Assembly: GCA_964518425.1 (NCBI GenBank)
Contig: CAZFGG010000003.1
Coordinates: 9,634-73,633 of the forward strand
From: an uncultured Gammaproteobacteria bacterium
GTDB taxonomy: Bacteria; Patescibacteriota; Patescibacteriia; SBBC01; CAIJZX01
Reading direction: 5' to 3'
Length of the DNA stretch: 64,000 nucleotides
Shown here one piece after another: positions 36,867 through 46,743 of the stretch. Under the pieces are notes generated by a model that had not been told where the DNA came from, searched no databases, and saw nothing but the letters and a program-made list of their open reading frames with translations. A program made the position numbers and the translations under genes. Every line of letters starts with the position of its first letter. The first letter of the stretch is position 1.

Positions 36867-37923
36867 GTTTGAAGCTACGAACGATCACGTCAAACGTGGT
36901 TCGATAATTGACTTGCGTTAATGAACCGGTGTTGTACTGGATGCTGTAAACTTTCGTATCTTTGAACAGATAGGCCGTGCTCTGGTCTTCGCTGTAGATG
37001 CCTTCTAACCCGTTGACCGCAAAGGTTGTTAGCTGATCGGTGTTGGCCGCAGGGTTATTTGTTTTGTACCAGTCCTTCGGCGCTAATCGATTTGGATTGT
37101 CGTTGATCGCGACTTGGAAAAATTCTCCCGTTTGCTGCGTCGGCGTCACGAGGAGTCCACCGCTCTGATCAGCGGTTGCCGTCCAGCTGGTTGGAATAAG
37201 AAGACTGTAGATTTTCCCACTGTCTTCGACTCGCTTAACCAACCCCGACGTTTCGAGCTGACCAGCGCCTTTAGGATTATATCCGAGGTAAAGTTCTCCG
37301 ACGATCGTGCCATCAGCCCGAACTTGTTTGCCATCAATAAACCCATCAGCGTCGGTATCAGCTTTCGCCGCATCGGTTCCGTAAACCGCTTCTTCAACGT
37401 CGGTCAGTCCATCACTATCCGTGTCAGTTGACGAGGGCAGGGGTCCAGTCGGAGTAACAGTCGTATTCGTATTGGCATTTGTGCTGACGTTAGTATTCGC
37501 GTTGGCGGTGATGTTCGTATTCTGATTCAAGTTGCCATTCGCGTTCTCGTTGGTGATGCTATTCGTATTTTCATTGGCCGCGTTGACCGACGTGTTCGTA
37601 TTTCGATTCACCCGGTTGGTCACGACAACGTTGACCGAATTGCTGTTCGTCTTGTTCAGCACATTCTGGAAGACGTACAGACCGGCGAACCCAAGCCCAC
37701 CCAGGACAGCCACCACAATAAGAATAATGACCAGCTTTTTCGTCGAATTTGATCCGGCCGGAGGCCCTCCAGCGGCGCGGAATCGTTCCGGCATGGAATG
37801 CACCTGCGGCGCCATGTTGGGCGATGGGGGCGGAGTCATCCCCGGGGTTGGAGGAGTCATGCCGGGAGAGGGAATGATCGGATTCAATGGATTAGAGCTT
37901 GGTTGTGATTGGTCTTCAAACAT
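36853..37923 (-). CDS. Membrane-anchored secreted protein with an Asn/Thr-rich low-complexity linker, thrombospondin-type-3 (TSP3) Ca-binding repeats and a C-terminal beta-rich domain
   Basis: TDTDSDGLTDVEEAVYGTDAAKADTDADGFIDGKQ TSP3-like repeats; NxNTN low-complexity tract. Confidence 0.5.
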   Translation of the reverse strand: MFEDQSQPSSNPLNPIIPSPGMTPPTPGMTPPPSPNMAPQVHSMPERFRAAGGPPAGSNSTKKLVIILIVVAVLGGLGFAGLYVFQNVLNKTNSNSVNVVVTNRVNRNTNTSVNAANENTNSITNENANGNLNQNTNITANANTNVSTNANTNTTVTPTGPLPSSTDTDSDGLTDVEEAVYGTDAAKADTDADGFIDGKQVRADGTIVGELYLGYNPKGAGQLETSGLVKRVEDSGKIYSLLIPTSWTATADQSGGLLVTPTQQTGEFFQVAINDNPNRLAPKDWYKTNNPAANTDQLTTFAVNGLEGIYSEDQSTAYLFKDTKVYSIQYNTGSLTQVNYRTTFDVIVRSFKLVAS

Positions 37924-37934
37924 ACTGGCGGGGG

Positions 37935-38453
37935 TTATTTAGTTGGTGACTGATGAATAGCTTGATTGACATCAAATAGAGTACCACTTCCATTCGGATT
38001 CGTCCCGCGCCGGACTTCGAGTCCATCCGAAGCGCCATCATTATCGGTGTCAGGATTGAGGGGGTTGGTGTGATAAATCTTGACCTCGTCGTAGTCAGAT
38101 AGACCGTCCCCGTCGGTGTCTGCTTGCGCTGGATTCGTCCCGATTTTCTCCTCATCCGCGTCCGGCAATCCGTCGAGGTCTTGGTCGGCAATCGTCGTGA
38201 CCGAATACCGCCGGAAGGTGGGGTTGGTTTTTTTGCCCGGCGTCGTTTGGTTTCCGACCACGACCGGAGTCGCTGTGTTAGATGTCGGTGTCGATCGATT
38301 GGATTGAAGGAGCGGGGCTAACGCGACGATCCCAACCAAAACCACCACCGTCCCTCCTAGTATAACGAATCGGCGGTTACGCGCCAACCACGACTCCGCT
38401 ACCGGTTCGGGTGGCAGTTGGGGGTACTGGCTGGAATTCAGATCATCAGCCAT
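37935..38453 (-). CDS. Small membrane-anchored protein with thrombospondin type-3 repeats
   Basis: DQDLDGLPDADEEKIGTNPAQADTDGDGLSDYDEVKIYHTNPLNPDTDNDGASDGLEV. Confidence 0.55.
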   Translation of the reverse strand: MADDLNSSQYPQLPPEPVAESWLARNRRFVILGGTVVVLVGIVALAPLLQSNRSTPTSNTATPVVVGNQTTPGKKTNPTFRRYSVTTIADQDLDGLPDADEEKIGTNPAQADTDGDGLSDYDEVKIYHTNPLNPDTDNDGASDGLEVRRGTNPNGSGTLFDVNQAIHQSPTK

Positions 38454-38455
38454 GG

Positions 38456-41400
38456 TTATGAGGAGGTCAGTTTATAATTGAAACAGCCACAACTCGAACC
38501 AGCTTGCGACGTGCAGGGGTTATCGGGCGGTTGCGGGCTTGGGAAGAACGTTGATTCCATATGTCCATAGAGGGAGTACGTCGAGCCATCAGAGTGGTAG
38601 AGATAGACATGGGAATTCGATGGACATTGGAACGCGTGCTGCGGTTCATTCCAGCAGGTCGAGCCATCATACCCACTAGGACAGGCCGGGCTAAAGGTAT
38701 TCGCTGGATCGGTCGACAAAGATTTATTCAGGGTTTGTCCAAGCGTCGCCTGCCAGGACGGCCAGGACGATGTGCTGAAGCCTGGTAAGTAGGTTCCGCT
38801 TTGGAGGGTCGGGTAGCTGCCGTGTAAAGTTTTGTAATTATCGAGGGCAACCTTGACCGAGGCCAGGTCCTGTCCCCGCTTCGTGTCGTTGAGAATTGCC
38901 TGCTTGGTAAAGCTATCTTGGTTGATGTTGAACATGAGCTGACTCGTCATTTGATCATAGATCTGTTTCGTCGCGTCAGAAGCATTGTTTGAGTTGTAGT
39001 CGAAGACAAACATCAATCCGGTCGGCGTGCCGCTGGTACTGACATCCGTCACACCAATGTAGGTTGTCGTGCCGGTCCGGACCGCCGGATAACCGCTGAC
39101 CGAGGTGGTCGCGGCACCAGTTTGCGTCGGGAAGCGCTGAATGAACCAGTCGTAGGGCGACAATATTTGCGGGTTGTTGAAGATCAGAATACCAATGGTA
39201 TCGCGCGATGCCTGCGATTCTTTGAAGAAAAAGCTTTTGAGCCGCGTTGGATCTTGGCTAGCTGATGCATCGATGACTGGGTAAGAGAAGTTCGGTAAAA
39301 GCTGCGTGTTGTTTTGTCCGCGGCAGTAAAAGAGTTTGAAATTCCAAGTACTATCGGTATACCCGGAGTTGGCGGGTTGACCAGGGACATCCCACGGATT
39401 GTCACAGATATCCACGTTGATATCTGTTCGCCCGGTCCGCTCAGGTTTATCGTTTTGATTGAGGCTATTGAATGTCACTTTGGCCTTGGCTTCAGCGTAG
39501 GTCTTGCCGTTGGCCTTGGCCGTAACAACGGCCGTACTGGCCAAGAGGTTTTTGGTCGTCGGATCCATAACGGCCGTCGCGACCGCGTCATTTCCCGACA
39601 GCCATGACCAGTCCCAGCTGTAGACTTGGTCAATGTTCTGCAACTGTTCGCCATTGGCGGCGTAAGCTTTGGCGACTGGCGTCGGCGCTGCGGTTTGGTT
39701 GACCGCGGTCAGGAGATAGGTGTTCTCCAGAATCCCGACGTGATCGAGCGTACAAATGTTCGCTCCGGTAGTAAATTTCAGCGGCGAACCGCCGACGTCA
39801 GCCAGAACTCCTTTATCACTACGCAGCGATGTCTGACCAGCGGTCGTCGTTAAGAAAAATTGCTGCGCCGCGCCGGCCGTCAGTAACCCTGGGCTATAGG
39901 TTATCGTCGATTGGTTATTCGCTGTCGTCAGGCCAATGCTTCCGTTCACGACCGTCGCACCGTCCTGATATCGAACCGTCGAGGGCGTGACAGTTGATCC
40001 GTCGAGGGGCGTGCTGAACGTCACTTGAGCGGCCGTGTTCCGACAGGCGTTTGGGCTGTTTTGGGGCGGCTGGAAACTGATGATCTTCGGTTTCAATTGG
40101 CAACAGCCAATTGACGCACCGGCCGGCAACGCGCAGCCGCGCGGCGCATTCGTCGCATCGTTGCTGCAGACCGCCGCGTCGCTAGCACATTGATCAGCCA
40201 AGGGGCAGCCTCCCGGACCTGAACCATTTGGATCGTTCACAAAGAAAGGCCAGGGGTTCGACTCCGCACCATCGTTCATCACCCGGACCTCGCTATCCCC
40301 TAGCCCGGCCAAAGCCGGGACGGCCGTATCAATGGTCGCCTTAGAACCAATGTCGCTCCAACTATTGTAGGTCGACATGACAACTGGGGTAGCACCAGAG
40401 ATAAGTTTCGTGACGTTCACTTGGTCCTGGGCCGTGCGCTTGGCTGGTTCATCGGCGCCAAAGCGTATGCCGGTCGCGGTCAACGAGCTGTTGGGCAGAC
40501 CATTACCCGGATTGAGGTGACAGAGTCCAGGATAGACCTTGGTATTGACGGTAAAATCATTAGGAGAGGTCGCTTGTTTGCTGTCGCCACGGGTAATTTG
40601 GACTGGGCCCGTCACGGCGTCATTCGTTGGGTCATTCGTCGGCGAATCGAGCTTCGGTACCTCCCGAACAATCCGTTCATTTTCCCAGGTGGCAGCCGCT
40701 GAACCACAAATAGTGGTATTGGGATCAAGGCCATCTTGATCGTCAGCTGCACCGGCACCGCCGAGGAAAGTCACTTTGCTCTTGGCCGTATCATATCCGC
40801 CAAACCAACACCCCTTGATTGTCGTCCATGTCCCGACGGAACCATTGTCTGGTTCGAAACCATTGACGACTGGTGTGCACGCATTATTGACACAGGTTGA
40901 GGCTGAACAGGACTCGCCGTACTTATTTTTCTTGCATTGTGAGTCGTCAGTACAGGACGTTGGGTTATACGTAATCTTGACCGTATTTGATTGTTTACCA
41001 AGTACCTTCGTGAAGACGCCTTCTTGTCCAACCGCCGGACCAGTCGGCGGGTTGGCGGCAATATTTTGGACTGGGGAGGTTCCGGTGATCGATGTTGATT
41101 GCAGATCAAAAACATGTGGCTCGCTGCTCGTCGCCGGGGCCGTCCAATCGAACGTTTCGCTTTGATTGACGATGTGACAGGCAGCATCAACGACGTTTGC
41201 CGGCAGAGCCAGGGAGAACGGCGCCTGCTGGAAGGTTGCGTCTGATTGCTGGATAACGACTCCGCTGATTTGACACCCTTGGGTACTGGTCGTGAATTGC
41301 CAAGTATACGGTGCCGACAAAGCTTTACCACCCGCGGACGGATCAGCTTTCACACCGGTCGTGATCGTTACTTGGTAGAGCGTGTTTGCCGTCAAAGGAT

Positions 41401-44152
41401 TCGTCGGTTTCAGGAGGAAGGACTTTGTTCCCTGCTGGGTGACTGTATATGCCACTGTACCAGCACAGGTCGTGGTGTTCGTACAAGAATTCAGGATGAT
41501 ATTCGTAGTGTTGATCGTCGAGGCATCCATGCCTAACGTAAAATCAGCGGAAATATCGGCCGTCAAACAGACATTATTGTCACCGTGATACGGATTCGGG
41601 CTAGGCGTAATTCCTGACTGAACGTTGCAGGCCGGATTATCAACGACCGTAGGCACTCCCGTGACCGGCGGTTGAACGTCGAAGATGACGGGATTACTCT
41701 TGATGACACCTTGCTCAACTCGGACAGTACTTTGGCCAATCGATGTCCCCACCGCAACGTTGACTTGGTCGATTTGGGTGTTATGCCAGTTCGTGGCCGG
41801 GTTGGTTATCGGCCAACCGGATACTGGCGGGTAACCACTCGCCGTGACCTTGCTTTGCCCAGCAGTGTAGGCTCCAAATCCATCGCCGGAGGCCGATAGG
41901 GTTGTACCAACCTGACCTTGATTGGGATTGAGCGAGTAGAGGCAGATACCATTACCGCCACTTCCAGCATCGAGTAGGAAATTCGAGGTAGGTGTGATGG
42001 CGCTCTTGAGAACACCGATTTGGCCACCATAATCAACGCTGACCTGGTAGGGATGTGGTCCCCCAGCCGGCAGCGACCCGGCCTGAACTTTAGAAACAAT
42101 GCTCTGCTGATTCCAAGCACCATTCGGAACCGTTTGGTTTACCCCGCCCAAGGTCAATGTATCATTGGCACCTGGCGTCAGAATGCCTGGTTTCAAGAAA
42201 TATGAACCGAGGACGGAAACGCAAGCCCCGTTCTGACCTTCGCCTGGTTGGACGCTGGTCACGACTGGCGGTTGGATGCACTTATCGGCGGCCGCAACGG
42301 TAAAGCTCCAGGGTCCTTGCGACGGAGCGTCAGCGAGTGGGTTTGCCTGCGTTCCGGTATCACCATAGTTGAGTGTGTCGCCGTTGACATTGATCGTCAA
42401 ATCAGAGTTAACGCCGACATGATAGGTCGTTCCGGGAGTCAGGTCGACGCTCTCCGGAGTAAAGGCATAGATCTTACAGGTGTTGAGTTGGTTGTTCGGA
42501 TCGAACTGGTCAACCACCGAGAAACTCCTGTTCATGTCCGGAAAGTTTCGGCCATTGCTCACATGTGATCCCGGCGTACCCGGATTACAGGCGAACACTC
42601 CACTCCCCACTTTCCACATCGAGGTGTTGTATTGAATAAACACTTTCGTTGAAGGGCAGGCGTTGGCAAAGCCATCGGTTGGATAGACTTGGGCCACGCC
42701 GGGCGTAACGTCATTGGTTTCAAACACCCAGCTATATGGCGCGGTCATGGCCGTACCGCACAGGTTCCGGAAATTCTCGACCACGACTTTGTACCAGGTA
42801 AAGCTGTCAAACAATGTGTCCTTCAGCTGCAGCCACGCACCCATCCCGTCTGGGCTGCGCCGAATATCAAACAGGGTCGGGTCTAAGGGCTTGGTCGCAT
42901 CATACGTCCCGCCGGTCCCATCATTCGGATCGGGCGGTGCCGTAAACTTGTAGACGCGGAAGTTTTGGGTCGTGATTGAGGCTTTATCAATAGCGTTATT
43001 GAATTGAATGTTCAGCGCCGCATTGCGTGGAATATTCCGGTCAGGATGGGCCGTGGAGTTAGCGGCCAAGTAGGCTGACGATGGTTGCGTACTTACTTCC
43101 TGCAAGGCCGGCCCATCCGTATCGCTCCCGGCTTTGAAGATCCATGTCAAGGTACCATCCGTACTTTCTTGGCAATGTTCACCGGGAAAACTATCGCCAA
43201 TAATCGGAATTCCCGGTTGCTGCTGACAATGGAGGAGAACGCGCTGAAGTGTATCGCTGAGCGCGGATTTAGCGGTATTCCGCGGAATGGTTAAGCGGTA
43301 GAACCGGCCCGCTTCAAAATATCGATTGTCTGGGCTGGCCGGGTCTGTTGAAAATGACAGGTGATAGAACGTAACGGTATTTTGATCAGCGAGCCATTCC
43401 GCCTTTGTGCTCCCCTTGGCGCCGGCCGGAGTAGTGCCGGCCGTGAAGACTTGGTTATCAACGGGTTTCGGTGTGCCAGGGTTATTACAATGAGACGCGT
43501 CGCTGGAAGCATCACACGCTTCGACGATCAACTTCGGATGGTCGACGTCACCGTTGGCTTCGACCGCGGCTTTGACCGAGGCGGCGGTCACATCCGTATT
43601 GAAGGTCAAGCTGATATTGCTCGATCGGGGGACATTCTGGCTGAAATCGGGGGCGGCCGCACAAGAGGTAATCGCCGTCAAATCGAACGTGCTCGTCGTT
43701 GAGCAGAGTGGGCAAGGCGGGTTGCAGTTTACAACGCAGGGGGGATTATTATTTCCGGTCACGTTCGTCGCCGTTTTAACGACGAACAAGACAATCGCCC
43801 AGGCCAGTAGAATAATGACCAGGCCAATAGCGGCCTGGAGAATAACTTGTTTGGCTTTCTCAACCCGCTGTTCATTCCCAGCCGCGGTCAACCACAAGTA
43901 GCCACCATAGATCATGTACGCCACGGCCACCAGTGTGACAAAACCTAAAGCCCAGCGGATGATATTGAGAACGGTTTTTTGTAGGTCCGCGTTGCCTAAA
44001 CCAACCTGGCTACCAACCGATTCAATACTAAACGTCGTCTGGGCGAAGAGATGATGCGGTCCAATCAGCAGCGTCACCAACGCCACCGCTACCCCGATGA
44101 AGAGGCCGACGGCGAAGGGATGGCGCGGTCTCAGCATGGAGAGACGTCGCAT
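38456..44152 (-). CDS. Giant (1898 aa) cell-surface protein with a VirB2/TrbC-pilin-like N-terminal double-TM hairpin
   Basis: Signal peptide, then IIRWALGFVTLVAVAYMIYGGYLWLTAAGNEQRVEKAKQVILQAAIGLVIILLAWAIVLFVV (two TM helices around a short loop). The rest is Cys-containing and beta-rich, consistent with Ig-like domains. Confidence 0.6.
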   Translation of the reverse strand: MRRLSMLRPRHPFAVGLFIGVAVALVTLLIGPHHLFAQTTFSIESVGSQVGLGNADLQKTVLNIIRWALGFVTLVAVAYMIYGGYLWLTAAGNEQRVEKAKQVILQAAIGLVIILLAWAIVLFVVKTATNVTGNNNPPCVVNCNPPCPLCSTTSTFDLTAITSCAAAPDFSQNVPRSSNISLTFNTDVTAASVKAAVEANGDVDHPKLIVEACDASSDASHCNNPGTPKPVDNQVFTAGTTPAGAKGSTKAEWLADQNTVTFYHLSFSTDPASPDNRYFEAGRFYRLTIPRNTAKSALSDTLQRVLLHCQQQPGIPIIGDSFPGEHCQESTDGTLTWIFKAGSDTDGPALQEVSTQPSSAYLAANSTAHPDRNIPRNAALNIQFNNAIDKASITTQNFRVYKFTAPPDPNDGTGGTYDATKPLDPTLFDIRRSPDGMGAWLQLKDTLFDSFTWYKVVVENFRNLCGTAMTAPYSWVFETNDVTPGVAQVYPTDGFANACPSTKVFIQYNTSMWKVGSGVFACNPGTPGSHVSNGRNFPDMNRSFSVVDQFDPNNQLNTCKIYAFTPESVDLTPGTTYHVGVNSDLTINVNGDTLNYGDTGTQANPLADAPSQGPWSFTVAAADKCIQPPVVTSVQPGEGQNGACVSVLGSYFLKPGILTPGANDTLTLGGVNQTVPNGAWNQQSIVSKVQAGSLPAGGPHPYQVSVDYGGQIGVLKSAITPTSNFLLDAGSGGNGICLYSLNPNQGQVGTTLSASGDGFGAYTAGQSKVTASGYPPVSGWPITNPATNWHNTQIDQVNVAVGTSIGQSTVRVEQGVIKSNPVIFDVQPPVTGVPTVVDNPACNVQSGITPSPNPYHGDNNVCLTADISADFTLGMDASTINTTNIILNSCTNTTTCAGTVAYTVTQQGTKSFLLKPTNPLTANTLYQVTITTGVKADPSAGGKALSAPYTWQFTTSTQGCQISGVVIQQSDATFQQAPFSLALPANVVDAACHIVNQSETFDWTAPATSSEPHVFDLQSTSITGTSPVQNIAANPPTGPAVGQEGVFTKVLGKQSNTVKITYNPTSCTDDSQCKKNKYGESCSASTCVNNACTPVVNGFEPDNGSVGTWTTIKGCWFGGYDTAKSKVTFLGGAGAADDQDGLDPNTTICGSAAATWENERIVREVPKLDSPTNDPTNDAVTGPVQITRGDSKQATSPNDFTVNTKVYPGLCHLNPGNGLPNSSLTATGIRFGADEPAKRTAQDQVNVTKLISGATPVVMSTYNSWSDIGSKATIDTAVPALAGLGDSEVRVMNDGAESNPWPFFVNDPNGSGPGGCPLADQCASDAAVCSNDATNAPRGCALPAGASIGCCQLKPKIISFQPPQNSPNACRNTAAQVTFSTPLDGSTVTPSTVRYQDGATVVNGSIGLTTANNQSTITYSPGLLTAGAAQQFFLTTTAGQTSLRSDKGVLADVGGSPLKFTTGANICTLDHVGILENTYLLTAVNQTAAPTPVAKAYAANGEQLQNIDQVYSWDWSWLSGNDAVATAVMDPTTKNLLASTAVVTAKANGKTYAEAKAKVTFNSLNQNDKPERTGRTDINVDICDNPWDVPGQPANSGYTDSTWNFKLFYCRGQNNTQLLPNFSYPVIDASASQDPTRLKSFFFKESQASRDTIGILIFNNPQILSPYDWFIQRFPTQTGAATTSVSGYPAVRTGTTTYIGVTDVSTSGTPTGLMFVFDYNSNNASDATKQIYDQMTSQLMFNINQDSFTKQAILNDTKRGQDLASVKVALDNYKTLHGSYPTLQSGTYLPGFSTSSWPSWQATLGQTLNKSLSTDPANTFSPACPSGYDGSTCWNEPQHAFQCPSNSHVYLYHSDGSTYSLYGHMESTFFPSPQPPDNPCTSQAGSSCGCFNYKLTSS

Positions 44153-44173
44153 CGGTAATCGTTGTTTCGTTGG

Positions 44174-44614
44174 TTAGTGAAGTTTGGCTTTGACGGCGGC
44201 CGAGACGCGGCTACCGTCGGCTTGACCTTTGACTTTGGCCATGGCGGCGGACATAACTTTTCCGAAATCCTTTGGGGTTGGTTGAAGCTCGGCAATGACC
44301 GAGGACACAATCTGGTCTAATTCATGATCGCTGAGCTGCGTTGGCAAGTATTCCATCAATTCCTGCAATTCAGCATTTTCGTCGGCCACCTTGTCCGCCC
44401 GCCCAGCCTGTTGGTACATGGCGATGGCCTCGCGTCGTCGTTTCGCCTCGGTCGTCATGACCGCGATGATCTCCTGGTCGCTCAGTGGATGGTGAACCTC
44501 AATTTCAGCGTTTTTGATCGCCGCTTTGATCAAGCGCAAGAGATTGACCTTGACCTGATGGTGCCCCTTGAAGGCGACCTTGTAGTCTTCTTCGATCTGC
44601 TCGAGCAGGGCCAT
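44174..44614 (-). CDS. GatB/YqeY domain protein
   Basis: 146 aa matching the YqeY family. Confidence 0.7.
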   Translation of the reverse strand: MALLEQIEEDYKVAFKGHHQVKVNLLRLIKAAIKNAEIEVHHPLSDQEIIAVMTTEAKRRREAIAMYQQAGRADKVADENAELQELMEYLPTQLSDHELDQIVSSVIAELQPTPKDFGKVMSAAMAKVKGQADGSRVSAAVKAKLH

Positions 44615-44615
44615 G

Positions 44616-44894
44616 CTAAATCGTTCGAGGAATGGGCGGCAGGCGCTTACGCGGCTTGCCTCGTTTCTTTAAATCAAACTCTTCAAGTTTTCCCATTTTG
44701 CGGAGTATTTCTCGCTGTTCGCGAATACCCTTGCGACGAAGCGCGTCGTCCCGCTGTTCGCGTTTATTCGGCGAGGGTTCGTAAAAACGGCGTTTCTTAG
44801 CTCGAATGAGCACGCCGGATTGCTGGACCCGCTTGGTAAAGCGTCGGACCAGGCTTTCGCTTGATTCGTTATCACGTTTTTTGACTTCAACCAT
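44616..44894 (-). CDS. rpsU: 30S ribosomal protein S21
   Basis: MVEVKKRDNESSESLVRRFTKRVQQSGVLIRAKKRRFYEPSPNKRE typical S21. Start moved to ATG 44894, which has an AGGAGGTG Shine-Dalgarno 7 nt upstream (the track ORF starts at 44957). Confidence 0.85.
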   Translation of the reverse strand: MVEVKKRDNESSESLVRRFTKRVQQSGVLIRAKKRRFYEPSPNKREQRDDALRRKGIREQREILRKMGKLEEFDLKKRGKPRKRLPPIPRTI

Positions 44895-44991
44895 GCAGGC
44901 ACACCTCCTTTTCAGACTCGCCGCTTGAGCGGCGAACAACAAATAGTAGATGGCCAAACTCTACCATCTTTTTGTCACTTCGTCAAACGCT

Positions 44992-45438
44992 TCAAACCAT
45001 CCGTCCTAGCAGCTGACCACCCAAAAGATGGAGATGGACGTGGTCGACCTCCTGACCACCATGGCGACGGACGTTGAAGACAAGGCGGTAGCCATCGGTT
45101 TCAATCCCCTGCTCGGCCGCCAAGACCTTCGCTCGCCAGAGCATCCGACCGAGGATATCCTGTTGGCCTTGGGTCATGTCGGCCACTGAGGCCATGACAT
45201 GATCTTTCGGGATAATCAGCAGATGGACTGATGCTTTCGGATGAATGTCCTTGAAGGCCATCAGTTGATCGTCCTCGAACACCGTCGCACTCGGTATCTC
45301 ACCGGCCGCGATCCGGCAAAAGAGACACTCCGGATCACGCATCGTCTGCTCCGTCATCAATCGGCGGCATCGGAGTTTCTTCGGGCTCATCATCCGGCTG
45401 CTGATACCGATCAAGGCGTTCAGGCGCGACTTGACCAA
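44992..45438 (-). CDS. HIT-family (histidine triad) nucleotide hydrolase
   Basis: HVHLHLLGG HIT motif; the true start is probably MTEQTM or MRDPE (45357 or 45342), overlapping the hisS stop. Confidence 0.75.
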   Translation of the reverse strand: MVKSRLNALIGISSRMMSPKKLRCRRLMTEQTMRDPECLFCRIAAGEIPSATVFEDDQLMAFKDIHPKASVHLLIIPKDHVMASVADMTQGQQDILGRMLWRAKVLAAEQGIETDGYRLVFNVRRHGGQEVDHVHLHLLGGQLLGRMV

Positions 45439-46741
45439 TCACCGGGGCAACACCATTCGTCTTTGTCTTTTCGAGTCGTTTTTTAATCTCGCCAACCGCT
45501 TTCTTGAAATCCACAACTTCCTGGATTCCGTTCTCCATGTCGCGGATTAAAATCGTATCATCCATTAATTCTTTTTGACCGACAATCAGCGTGTACTGAG
45601 CGCCGAGTTTATTGGCCATTTCCAGTTGCTGTTTAAGTCCGTCCTTGATCAGGTTCTCCGATACCCGGATACCTTCAGATCGAAACTGCTCGAAGAGTTT
45701 CAACATTTTCTTCCGGGCCGGTTCTCCTAACTGAGCTAAGAAAATTTCCGGACGGGCAGGAGGCGGTGGATTAATTTGTCGTTCTTTGAGCTGAAGTAGC
45801 AGTCGTTCAACGCCGCCAGCAAAACCGGCAGCCGGGGTCGGACGGCCCCCGAGGTTTTCGACCAGCGTATCATAGCGCCCCCCGCCACCGAGGCTGCTTT
45901 GGCCGGAATCATCGCCGACCGGCCAGAACTCCCAGACTGTTCGGTTGTAGTAATCCAAGCCGCGGACAAGGCGCGGATTCAAGACGAAGGCGACCTCGAC
46001 TTCATCGAGATATCCAACGACTTCTTGAAAGTGCAGTTGGGAAGCTTCATCAAGATAATCAATGATCTGCGGCGCGTCGGTCAGGAGACCCTGAATGACT
46101 GGGTCTTTACTGTCGAGTAATCGCAACGGGTTCTTTTGTAGGAGTAGGCGGTGATCTTCGGTCAGCTCAGATTTTTTTGTTCGGAAAAACGCCTGGAGAG
46201 CTTTAATGTATTGTTGACGAGATGTTTTGTCGCCGAGGCTGTTGATTTGGATGGTCGTTTCAAGACCGAGCGTACTATAGATTGCTCGAGCCAACAGAAT
46301 GAGTTGGGCTTCAATGATTGGCTGGGGGGCGCCGAGAACCTCAAAACCAAATTGCCAGAACTGTCGATACCGTCCAGCCTGTGGCCGGTCATGGCGGAAA
46401 AACGGCCCGAAGTACCAGAGCTTGACCGGCTGAGGCAGGTTAAGCATGCCATGTTCGATGTAGCTGCGGACAACGCTGGCCGTTCCTTCAGGCCGCAGGC
46501 TCACGTTGTCACCGTTTTTATCGACAAAGGAATACATTTCCTTTTGGATATCTGATCCTTCCCCGACCGACCGGGTGAAGAGCGACGTGGCTTCGAGGAC
46601 CGGAGTTTCAATTCGTTCAAATCCGTACAAAGTTGCTAGAGAACGAACCGTATCAAAGAACCACCACCAGTACGGTTGGTCGGCTGGCAAGATGTCTTTC
46701 ATGCCGCGCAGCAGTTGCGGAGTAGGAGCCTCTTTAGCCAT
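45335..46741 (-). CDS. hisS: Histidyl-tRNA synthetase
   Basis: Class II motifs; GGGRYDTLVENLGGRPTPAAGFAGGVERL histidine-binding and motif-3 regions. Confidence 0.9.
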   Translation of the reverse strand: MAKEAPTPQLLRGMKDILPADQPYWWWFFDTVRSLATLYGFERIETPVLEATSLFTRSVGEGSDIQKEMYSFVDKNGDNVSLRPEGTASVVRSYIEHGMLNLPQPVKLWYFGPFFRHDRPQAGRYRQFWQFGFEVLGAPQPIIEAQLILLARAIYSTLGLETTIQINSLGDKTSRQQYIKALQAFFRTKKSELTEDHRLLLQKNPLRLLDSKDPVIQGLLTDAPQIIDYLDEASQLHFQEVVGYLDEVEVAFVLNPRLVRGLDYYNRTVWEFWPVGDDSGQSSLGGGGRYDTLVENLGGRPTPAAGFAGGVERLLLQLKERQINPPPPARPEIFLAQLGEPARKKMLKLFEQFRSEGIRVSENLIKDGLKQQLEMANKLGAQYTLIVGQKELMDDTILIRDMENGIQEVVDFKKAVGEIKKRLEKTKTNGVAPVIGQVAPERLDRYQQPDDEPEETPMPPIDDGADDA

Positions 46742-46743
46742 GG

